Of a stretch of DNA of 64,000 nt, positions 36,521 through 48,187 are shown in pieces. Where the stretch lies: NCBI GenBank assembly GCA_051362555.1, contig CM120645.1:5952001-6016000 (forward strand). Reading direction: 5' to 3'. The notes beneath the pieces were generated by a model. It saw nothing but the letters and a program-made list of their open reading frames with translations. It made no database searches and had not been told where the DNA came from. Positions within the stretch are counted from its first letter, which is position 1. Every line of letters begins with the position of its first letter. The position numbers and the translations under genes are program-made. This DNA is from Lingula anatina (lineage: Eukaryota; Animalia; Brachiopoda).

Positions 36521-39500
36521 CTACATTTTCGTTGGAGGGGGGTATTCAGCGTCCGTGCCCGGATATGGGGGAAGAGGGTCTTCATAACAGGCCGTATGTG
36601 TTGCCTGTGTTTTTGAGCTATAGGCGACGTTCGCTGGTTGAGGTGCCCCTGGCCTACACGCTGTATTTGGTGGCGGGGCATACTTGCCTGGGTACCCTTG
36701 CGTTGTCGAGGTCGTGTTCAACATTACTGTGTCGTTTTCTGGGGGATTGGTCACTGTAAAGAAATTTACAATACCCACTGTGGTTAATAGTGTTTCTCAT
36801 CAATGTAATATCATTATCTCAGCTTAAAATGACACTTATGATTCGCACACATGAAAAACATAAGATCTCAAGAATACCTTAGTCATTGAATCAAAAATGG
36901 AATAAAACAAATGCAACGGATTTTAGTGCAGGGACGGGTCGAAGAATGGTTTTTTAGGCAAAATTTGCTCCCCCCCCCCACCCCGAGGATTTTTAGGTGG
37001 GTTATTCCCGTATTGTAGGCCTATACCTTTAACCCCATTCAAAAACCCGGTCGTACCTAGCTTTTTTAATGTGTATTCCACTTTCGCCCCCCCCCCTTTT
37101 TTTAAAATTCAGTTACATGTAACACACATCAACTGTCTTTGTTTTTCTTACCTGTCCCTCGCTTTTGCTTGCGCCATCGGTTTGCACAGCATATGGTACC
37201 TCCTATGACGAGCCACAGGACGACCAAACCGGCCACAATGCCAACTACTGTTCCGCCACTGCAAAGACATTGTTTCAGTCTTTATCAGAAACTTATATGG
37301 GCCTACTTGGAAGCACGATTTCATCATTAGACAAAACAAAAATGAAATGACCATAGATTGTACAGGTTAAGAAAGTCGTATGAGTGAAATAAAAAAAAAC
37401 TACGGATGCACATCTTTTAAAAGAAAAAAAACATGAACGTACGCAGTTGAGAAGTCTGATGGGCGACTCGTGCTCGAACTCGAGCCGCTCCAGTCGCTCC
37501 AGCAGATCCGGTCGCTCCTGCTGCCCCAGCTACTCCAGCTACTTGGATTCTTCGTGGGGGTGGGGCACGAAGAAAGATAGGTATAACTTGGGCTATATCT
37601 GTCTCTGAATGAACGGCAGCAGTATTTTTTGTAGATGTCCCCCAGCAGTGCTTTGGGCAGAAGAACGATTTTCTGTATGTGCCATATGCAGTGAAATATG
37701 CGCAGCAATATTCACCTCCGCTCACTAAAAAGTAAATACGATGAATAAAATGCAGAGCAGGTCTGATTATTTTCTCAGATATGCTATGCTGTTTTTCTGA
37801 TTGCTATTACATGCTATATTTTCGATCTTAATACAGTAATACGCAGAAGAGTTATTCTAAAGTAGATCTGCAAGCTCAAAAGCTCAAAAATATGGACCTT
37901 TTAAGTTTATTCTCTCATTCTCTTTTAAAGTCTTTTCATGTATGCATCCCTTGTATTTTAACTGCGCATTTGCAAAATTTGATGTGCCTGTGTGACATTC
38001 CGGGCATTTTCTCGTCCCTCAGCAGTTACTGTTCTAGTATATATGCCTCGGCTGCTTTCCGGAATCACACCTGAGCGAACAGGACCAGATCTGTAGACAG
38101 TAGACTTTTTTCTCTTACATTCACGGCATCGTGCGCCTACATGCTAGAGACTGGTTTATTTTGAAAATCTTCGATATAAATTAATATAAGACATTCCGCT
38201 TAGAAACCCCTTTGTCTAGTGTCGTGAAGAGGCCCTAACAGTTTATTCCTGAAATGTTCATTTATTGAGATGTGAAGGACGTACACTGTAATTGCCACTG
38301 TTATTTAGATTACATGTATATTTGTAATTACCTTAGCTTATTCATTTTATAGACAGTCTAGAGGGCAAGAACAGGGGGCGGTTTTACTCCATATTCGTAG
38401 ACTTTTCCAAAGCCTTCGACAGTGTGGACCACAGACTGCTATGGTTTAGACTACAAAAAATTGGTATTCATGGGAGAGTTTTACGGGTCTTAAAATCAAT
38501 GTATTCAAAATTGAGGTCGTGTGTTTTAATCTCCCCGGGACTTACAGAATATTTTGAATGTACTGTTGGAGCCAGGCAGGGCTGTATGATAAGTCCATTT
38601 TTATTTAATATGTTCCTAAATGAGTTTGTAGAGAGGGTAAATGAGAGTGATGTACAATCTATTTTTATTGATGAAATTGTCAGCATTTCGCTTCTATTGT
38701 ATGCTGATGACATGGTAATTTGTGATGACACTGCATTTGGCTTACAAAAGAAGATAAATATTTTACAGAATTTCTGTGAAAATTTCGGACTGAATATAAA
38801 TTTGAAAAAAAAAACAAAAATCATGGTCTTTAGACACTCTGGACCATTACGAAAATATGAAAAATGGTACTTTGGTGGACAACCGGTTGAAGTTGTAACC
38901 CACTACAAATATCTGGGTCAAACTATAACGCCAAGGCTCGTTTGGACAAAAGCCACCACTAGTTTAAGTCTGAAAGCAAGAAAGGCAATGATTATGATTG
39001 ATAAACTTGAATATAACACTGGAAGGGTTAGGTCTGACATTGCATTTATGATATTTGATAAAATGATCGCGCCAATTTTATTTTACGGTGCAGAAGTTTG
39101 GGGATACCAAGTGTATGACAAAATAGAAAAGGTACAACTTGCTTTCTGTAAAAGGATTCTTGGCGTGGGATCAACAACTTCAACAATAGCGGTCTTGGGA
39201 GACTGTGGTAGGTTCCCATTGTTTATAACTTACTTCAGTCGGTGTGTCAAATTCTGGCTTAAATTACTGAGAATGGAAGAAAGCAGATACCCAAAAGCGT
39301 GCTATAAGATTATGTTGGTATTAGATCAGGCTGGTCGCATTACATGGGCGACAAAAATTAAAGAAATACTTTTTAGATATGGTTTTGGGTTTGTATGGGT
39401 TGAGAATGAGATATATTTATGAGATATATTTTTTAGAAATTTTTAAGACAAGAATGAAAGATTGCTACATTCAAGAATGGAACGGCCAGTTACAGAACTC

Positions 39501-40859
39501 GTCTAAATTAAATTTGTATTGTACATTTAAATCTGTATTTCAAAAAGAAAATTATTTATTGTTGAATCTCCCGAAAGCGCACTTAGCTGCTTTCGCCAGG
39601 CTCAGGTGTGGAAACCATAATCTTATGATTGAAAAAGGTAGACATGACAACATACCCTCGAACGAGAGAGTATGCACACTATGTAAGGACGAAATAGAAA
39701 ACGAATATCACTTTTTGTTAACATGTGAGATGTACAGGGACTTAAGAACAAAATATATACCAAACAGGTACACCTGTCAACCAAATATCCAAAGGTTTAG
39801 ACAGCTTATGTCTTCCAATGACAGAGATTTGATGATTAACCTGAATAATTATGTTTATTATGCCTTTAGAAAAAGAGAATCTTTTTTTGCAACGGATAGT
39901 GCACGTACATGAGCTCTCCGCATGCGCAATAGTTACGTTATATGAACCATTTACATTTGTAATCTGGGCAAATGCCTTTATACGAAAATAAATATCATAG
40001 AGGTGAACACATATGTAACCGACTCTGTTACTCAACTGATGAAATTTGAGTCACCTTTAGCATTGTTCTTGTATTAATATATAATATTATTGTATTCATG
40101 TATTCCGACTATCATATTTTTGCATCTATGTAACACGTCAAGGTCATTATTGAATGAAGAAGACCTGGTGCCTAGTAATAATATTAATCGATAATTCACA
40201 AAATTTAATCAAGAGTAAGAACCCCTGACGCCTTCCCATCTATGTCCTCTCTTTCTTACCCCTAGGGGGAATGTTTTATAAATACATAGACTGAAATTTT
40301 ACTTACTCTGAATTGTAAGAAGATGCAAAAACATAATTTTTTTCACAATATCGGCAAGTCAAGCAGACAAAATTGAAACGGAGAGAGAAATATATTTGCA
40401 TACATGTACATCGCTAGTATAGTCGTTTACCCCAAAACTGTGACTGAATTGAAATAGTAATTGGCAAATTTCCCTTAAGTAAGCGGACATCCATGTACTC
40501 CACTAAACATTACTTAGGGGTTGCTTTCCTCGTCACTCTCCACCCCTAATTTTCTGTAAGCAGGGGGTACTCGTCAGCTGACTCTTACATATAGCACGGG
40601 TGCAGCGTACATATACACTGCGAAAAACAACATTTGGTTTAATGACTTTATTACACAAGTTTTGTGACGCTCTTTTTATTATTATTATTTTATTATTATT
40701 ATTTTTTTTTTGGGGGGGGGGGGCATTGTCTCCGCAGTATATGACATATGGGCACTAAATAAAATTAGTTAAGAGTCCATTTTACGTACCTGTGTGTATG
40801 ATCGCCAGCAAGGTAAATAGACCAGTCAACACGACTTTAGCATGGACAGCTGTTGCCAT
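36521..40859 (-). pseudogene. Gene E: probable Shisa-like pseudogene (single domain, frameshifted)
   Basis: Exons: 40859-40790 (signal MATAVHAKVVLTGLFTLLAIIHT), 37724-37443 (CC>CW change and 1-bp loss in an A-run at about 37625), 37258-37152 (TM), 36753-36521 (tail LPPY). Total 692 nt, one short of frame. LINE in intron 1. Confidence 0.78.
38365..39997 (+). mobile_element. 5'-truncated non-LTR retrotransposon (LINE; RTE-X-like by C-terminal motif) reverse transcriptase fragment
   Basis: ORFs 38424-39422 and 39379-39912 with DFSKAFDSV, GARQGCMISP, LLYADD and C-terminal RLRCGNH..EKGR..CTLC..ENEYHFLLTC. A 13-bp duplication at 39406-39431 causes the frameshift. TAGAGG TSD and AATAAA 3' end. Absent from gene F intron. 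Confidence 0.92.
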
Positions 40860-42297
40860 TAACAAAAATAATATCGCTGTCACGTAGTTTACAGTTCCTT
40901 GTATCCCAAAAATACTATGGTTTCTGGTTGTCTCAGTATTACGAATTTTTATTTCTGTATAAAATGACTATAATATCCAAGTTCGGTGCTGTCTCGGTGT
41001 GCGTCTTGCGTATACTGACGTAGTTCCTGTTTTGTAAACATTATATAGCTGAGTCTCTCGCTTTAATAGGATATGCGGTATTATTCATTTACCTTGGTGT
41101 GCACAGGAGCACGTAAACTTACGCGTTAGCACACCTTTAACCGTATTTTACATATGAAAAGATGTGCGTATGAAATGGATTAAAAAAAGGTCAAAATGCT
41201 ATCGGTCAACGAATCATTTCCGTTTTTAGGGATCTTAAGTCCTTTGTTATCATTTGGCCGCCTCAAGTCTCATATTCCACAAGAAACAACCATATTTGTC
41301 GTCGACAACGCTACGAAAAGGCAAGATTCATCTTCTCCTCCCACCAGTTATGAAGACATATACAGCATTGAAAGATATGCTAGTACAATATAGCATTCAG
41401 GCCCGTAGTCAGCAATTGCAAAAGGGGGTTCTTTTTCTGAAAAGGTGGACCTTTTACAACGAAACCTTAATGTACCTAAATAAAGATTTACCCTGAGGGA
41501 ACCTTTTCCAAGCAAAAAGGGGGTTCTTTTGAACCCCCCCCCCCCGAACCCCCCTGGCCTGAGCATAAAACGTGCACTCTTTATGTAAAAAGTAACCAAG
41601 CTTAATCATGTTTCCCGCCCGAAAAACAAACTAATGTGCAGTGTCGAGTACAATGTAAATCGCGTGGCCCACGTGACCTCGGAACAAATGCGAGAGTTTG
41701 TGTTCGGATGAGAAACGATTCTTGACCGACCTGTATTTTTCCTATTCTGAAGTAGGTTAACGGTGGTCTTTATGGGAATATCTTTCTTTGCTGTTGCATA
41801 TAAAAGGTTGTCACACCTTCAATGGAGTCTTTTTTAATCTGGAGCATGGTTTTTTATGGTGAAGGTTGGGGTGGTGGAGGTGGTTGTAAATTTTGGTGAA
41901 AATAAAGAAGGCGCATTTGATTTACGAATCCATTTATATAAATAATTTAACATCATTTCAAACTATACATAAAATTTTAAGGATATCATAGCTAAAGAAC
42001 AGTTTCATAACTTTAACAAGAAACACATTAAGTAGCTTGAAATATAAAATTAAGTCTAGTGTCTAACCTTCACGGCTCAGTTATCAGTACATTTGCTGAA
42101 CATGTATTTACATCTGTAAGTATAAAATTCTCTCGAGTAAGTTAAATTTGGAAACAGGTTTAATATTTAGTAAAAGAATATTAAATCTCTGTAAGACTAA
42201 TAATCAATTTGTTGAAAGTACTGAAATCAGCAAAGTAATGAAAGGGAACTTGTTAACTAAAGTCAGTGATCATGAAGTCTATCTGTGGTACATGTAT

Positions 42298-43991
42298 CTA
42301 CATTTTCGTTGGAAGTGGGTATTCAGCGTCCGTGCCCGGATATGGGGGAGGAGGGTCTTCATAACGGGCGGTATCTGTTGTCTGTGTTTTTGAGCTATAG
42401 GCGACGTTCGCTGGTTGAGGTGTCTCTGGCTTACACGCTGTATTTGGTGGAGGGGCATACATGTCTGGGTACCCTTGCGTTGTCGAGGTCGTGTTCAACA
42501 TTACTGTGTAATTTTCTGGGGGCTTGGTCACTGTAAAGAAATATAAAATACCCACTGCGGTTAACAGTATTTGTCATCAATGTAATATCATTATCTCAGC
42601 TTAAAATGAAACAAATGATTCGCACACATGAAACACATTGGAGCGAAAGAATACCTTAATCATTGATTTAAAAATGGAATAAAACAACGAATTCTAGTGC
42701 AGGGATGGGATCGAGGAATGATTTGTAAGTAGGTAAATTTTACCCCCCCCCCCCCCCCCCCGAGGATTTTTTAAAGGTTGGTTATTCCCGTATTGTGTAC
42801 CTTTAACCCCACTCAGAAACCCGATCGTACCTCGCTTTTTAAATGTATATTTTAATGTTCGCCCCCCCCCCCATTTTTAAATTCAGTTAACTGTGTTTCT
42901 AGCTCTTACCTGTTCCTCGCTTTTTCTTACACCATATGATACCTCCTATGACGAGCCACAGGACGACCAAACCGGCCACAATGCCAATTACTGTTCCGCC
43001 ACTGCAAAGACATTGTTTCAGTCTATATATCTGAAGATTATATTCTTGAAAGCAAGATTTCATCATTTAATAGACAAAACAAAAATGCAATGACCCTAGA
43101 AAAACACTTTGATCGTACATGTTAAGAAAGTCGTATGAGTGAAATAAGACATTTACGGATGCACATCTCTTATAAGAAAAAAACATGAACGTACACAGTT
43201 AAGAACCCTGATGAACGAGTATTCGAACTCCAGCCACTCCAGCTACTCCAGCTACTCCGATTCTTCGAGGTGGTGGGGCACGAAGAAAGATAATGATAAC
43301 TTCGGTTGTATCTATCTTTGAGCGAAGGGCAGCAGTATTTTCTGGTAGATGTCCCGCAGCAGTAATTGGGACAGAAGAACGGGTTTCTGTAACTGCCAGA
43401 TGATGTAAAATATGCGCAGCAATATTCTCCTGGATCTACTTTAAAACCCCATACCACTTCGGAACCTCTAGTCGGTGGGATTGGGGTGGGGCAAGCGACC
43501 CTGGAACTGTAGCTCGGATAGTATCTCCGATCGGCCTCGGCACAGCAAAACTTGGGCTGATATTTATACTCCGTTGTCCCGCAGCAGTACTTGGGACAGT
43601 AGAACGACTTTCTGTAAGTGCCATATGGAGTGAAATATGCGCAGCAATATTCACCTCCGCTCACTAAAAAGCAAATACGATAAATACAATGCAGGGCATG
43701 TTTGATAATGAGTCATATCTGATTATTTTCTCAAATATGCTATGCTGTTTTTCTGATTGCTATTATTCTATTTAAGACTGTTAATACAATAATACGCAGA
43801 ATAGGCTTATTCTAAAGTAGATCTGCCAGCTCAATAGCTGGAACATAGGCCTGATAAGCTTATTGTCTCATTTCGTTTTTAAGTCTTTTTTATGTATCCC
43901 CTCGTGTTTTACATACAACTGTACATTTGTAATTGTTGGGCTATGTTTTGGAGTTTGTTGTGGCATCTCAATACAGGTTTCATTCTGACTG

Positions 43992-44057
<66 letters not shown>

Positions 44058-46660
44058 CAGAACCTTTTTGTGTGTTTTTATTTTCAGATGGAGGTTACTT
44101 TTTATGTTGAATGACGTATGGCAGCATGCCAGTGATAACCGCATGTTTACATACTAAAGGGTTCTAGGACATGCAGTGACATAGCTGAAACTTTTATACG
44201 AGTAAATGAAGAGAAATGTAGACGGACAAGCGATTTTAATAAATAGGTTTAAATTTCAAAGAAGTAAACTATGCAAAAAGGGAAAGCTTAGGGTCTTTTT
44301 CTATTTAGCAGTTGCTACAGTGTATCTATCAAAATAATTTACGGCGCCCTGTTATCTGCACTGTCCTGATGTGGTTGTTGATGTGCTTGTGTGACATTCC
44401 GGACATTTTTCTCGTCTCTCGACCCTGGAACTGTAGCTCGGATAGTATCTCCGATCGGCCTCGGCACAGCAAAACTTGGGCTGATATTTATACTCCGTTG
44501 TCCCGCAGCAGTACTTGGGACAGTAGAACGACTTTCTGTAAGTGCCATATGGAGTGAAATATGCGCAGCAATATTCACCTCCGCTCACTAAAAAGCAAAT
44601 ACGATAAATACAATGCAGGGCATGTTTGATAATGAGTCATATCTGATTATTTTCTCAAGTATGCTATGCTGTTTTTCTGATTGCTATTATTCTATTTAAG
44701 ACTGTTAATACAATAATACGCAGAATAGGCTTATTCTAAAGTAGATCTGCCAGCTCAATAGCTGGAACATAGGCCTGATAAGCTTATTGTCTCATTTCGT
44801 TTTTAAGTCTTTTTTATGTATCCCCTCGTGTTTTACATACAACTGTACATTTGTAATTGTTGGGCTATGTTTTGGAGTTTGTTGTGGCATCTCAATACAG
44901 GTTTCATTCTGACTGTAATATATATATATATTCCAGAACCTTTTTGTGTGTTTTTATTTTCAGATGGAGGTTACTTTTTATGTTGAATGACGTATGGCAG
45001 CATGCCAGTGATAACCGCATGTTTACATACTAAAGGGTTCTAGGACATGCAGTGACATAGCTGAAACTTTTATACGAGTAAATGAAGAGAAATGTAGACG
45101 GACAAGCGATTTTAATAAATAGGTTTAAATTTCAAAGAAGTAAACTATGCAAAAAGGGAAAGCTTAGGGTCTTTTTCTATTTAGCAGTTGCTACAGTGTA
45201 TCTATCAAAATAATTTACGGCGCCCTGATATCTGCACTGTCCTGATGTGGTTGTTAATGTGCTTGTGTGACATTCCGGACATTTTTCTCGTCTCTCCACA
45301 GTTAATGTTTTAGTATATTTGCCTTAACTGCTTTCCAGAATCATATCTGAGCGAACCGGACCAGACAGGTTCCAGAACCTAGAAAATGGGCTTCTTTCTA
45401 TTACATTCATGGCATCGTGGGCCTACTTGCTTTTTTTTTTTTTTTTTTTTTTTGAAAATGTTCAATAAAAATTAATATAAGACGTTCCTCGTAGAAAACC
45501 CTTCGTCTATTGTGTCGTGAAGAGATATACTAACATTTTATTCCTAAAGTGTTCATTAATTGTGATGCGAAGGATGTAGTCGCCCAGTCACTGTTTAGAT
45601 TACCATATCGGTTTTAGAGTACTAGTAATCGCCTTAGCTATTAATTTTAGACTAGAGATGAACGCATATGTAACTGACACTATAACTCAACTGATGAAAT
45701 GTAAGTCACCTTTAACATTGTTCTTGCTCCATCCCGGAAGTGTCCGAATGTATTCCGACTGTCATGTTTTTTAGATAGATGTAACACGCCAAGGTCATTA
45801 TTAAATGAAGTAGATCTGGTGCCTAGTGATAATATTAATTGATAATTCAATAAATTAATGGCGTTCTGGAGTCTTATCAAGAATAAGGACCCCAACCCCT
45901 TCATATTTGGGTCCTCTCTTCTTTACCCCCAGGGGGAATGCTTTATACATACACAGATTGCTATTTCATTTACTCTGAATAAGCAGTTGCACAAAACATT
46001 TAAAAAGATTTTTTTTGGTAAAATATCGGCAATCAAGCAGACAAAATTTAATATTTAATTGCATATATCGTTAGTATAGTCGTTTACCGAAAAGCTGTGA
46101 CTAAACTGAAATCCTAATTGGCAAATTTTCCTTAAGTAAGCGGACATCCATGTACTCCACTAAACATTCCTTAGGGGTTGCTTACCTCGGCACTCTCCAC
46201 CTTTAATTGTCTGTAAGCAGGGGGTACTCGTCAGCTGACTCTTACATATAGCACGGGTGCAGCGTACATATACACTGCGAAAAACAACATTTGGTTTTAT
46301 GAGATGTGTCTTTCGGCCATCATTCTAAGATGGAGTATCGGTTTATTAAGCTTATGCTACATCTGTATTGCTAACACGTAGTTCTTTAGTGGGTTGATAT
46401 TTACTACGTATGTAATCGGAGCTCCCTTTTGACCCACTTTTAAATGAATGACACATACGACTTTAGTACACAAGTTTTATGACGCTACGCTACGCTCTTA
46501 TTTTTATTATTTTTTTTTGGGGGGGGGGTCACCGTAGTATATGACATATGGGGCACTAAATAAGATTAGATAAGAGTCCACTTTACGTACCTGTGTGTAT
46601 GATTGCCAGCAAGGTAAATAGACCAGTCAACACGACTTTAGCATTGACAGCTGTTGCCAT
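42298..46660 (-). CDS. Gene F: Shisa-like protein, 2 Cys domains fused in one exon, about 287 aa, PPPY tail
   Basis: Exons: 46660-46591 (signal), 43663-43195 (double domain plus WSSWSGW stalk), 43001-42910 (TM VGGTVIGIVAGLVVLWLVIGGIIWCKKKRGT), 42530-42298. Total 864 nt, in frame. Confidence 0.85.
43496..45295. repeat. Near-identical ~0.9 kb tandem duplication including a truncated domain exon
   Basis: 43496-44419 matches 44420-45295, differing by (TA)n length and a few substitutions. The junction at about 44420 fuses the domain exon to intron sequence. Confidence 0.9.
44352..44587 (-). other. Chimeric terminal-type domain exon (intact acceptor, read-through to stop)
   Basis: VSGGEYCC...YSSRV|ERREKCPECHTSTSTTTSGQCR*. 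The acceptor TTTTAG is identical to that at 43664. Confidence 0.55.
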
Positions 46661-48187
46661 TAACAAAAATAATATCGCTGTCACGTCGTTTACAGTTCCT
46701 TGTATCCCAAAAGTACTATGATTTCTGGTTGTCTCAGTATTACGATTGTTTATTTCTGTATAAAATTGCTATAATATCCAAGTTCGATGCTGTCTCGGTG
46801 TGCGTCTTGCGTATACTGACAAAGTTCCTATTTTGTAAACATTATATAGCTGAGTCTCTCGCTTTAATAGGATATGCGGTATTAGTCATTTACTTTGGTG
46901 TGCACAGGAGCACGTAATCTTATGCACTCCTTTAACCGTATTTTATATATGAAAAGATGTGCGTAGGAAACAGATTAAAAACACTGTCAAAATGCTATAG
47001 GTCAGCGAATCATTTCCGTTTTTGGGGCTTTTAATTCCTTTGCTAACCTTTCTCCGTCTCAAGTCGCATATTGCAAAGGAGTCAACCATTTTTGTCGTCG
47101 ACAACGCTACGAAAAGGGTGAGGTTCACCTTTTCCTTAAACCAGTCCTGAAGACATATACAGCATTGAAAGATAGCATTCAGGCCTGTAGCCAGCAATTT
47201 CAAAAGGGGGTTCTTTTTTTCTGAAAAGGTGGACCTTTTACAACGAAACCTTCATATACCCAAATAAAATTTTACCCTGAAGGAACCTTTTCCCGGCCAA
47301 AAGGGGGTTCTTTAGACCGCCCTCCCCCGCCCCCGGCAACGGGCTTGAGCATGAAGGGTGCCTTCTTTATGTGAAAAGTAACTAAGTCAAATTGTGTTTC
47401 CGCCCGAAAACAAACTAATGTGCAGTCTCGTGTACAATGTAAATCGCTTGTCCCACGTAACCTCGGAAACAAATGCGAGAGTTTGTGTTCGAACGAAAAC
47501 GATTCCTGACTGACTTGTATTATTCCTATACTGAAGTAGGTTAACGGCGGTCTTTATGCAAATATCTTCTCTTTGCTGTTGCTCAAAGAGGTTGTCACAC
47601 AAAAGGAAATTTTCAAAATCTGGAGCATGTTTTTTTATGGTGAAGGTTGGGGTGGTGGAGGTGGTTTTAAACTTTGGTACAAAATAAAGAAGGTGCATTC
47701 TGAAGGTTATGGTCGTCAGTCGCCTGTCAATTGTTCATTTGAAAATAGCGCCTGTTGTATGATGTACCTGTAAACATGACAGGAAAATGCTTTAGTGGTG
47801 AAAAGTTGATCTGTTGGTTTCGTATAACCTACGAGCATTTATCTATCTTGGATGCCCGCTAGTAAGAAGTCACAAGTGACGCATGCGCAATCCGCTTATA
47901 TTATGTAACAACTACAAGAATAAATACAAACAAGTATGGCCAATTTTAGCCAGAGGTCGCTGATAAGAACATGCTTTGAAATGCTTTGGACATTAACTGT
48001 TCAATCAGTGGGGAGTGACCTACAGTACAACGTGAGAAGATCGCCAATCTACGAGAAAAACACGAAGTCGTAGTTTAGGGTTTTATTTTGGCGATCTCTG
48101 TGAAGTTGTTGTACCTGTATATAAAGATTTTTGCGAACTCTTCACAGTAATCACAGTGACATGCTTGTATTTCTTTGTTTCAACACC

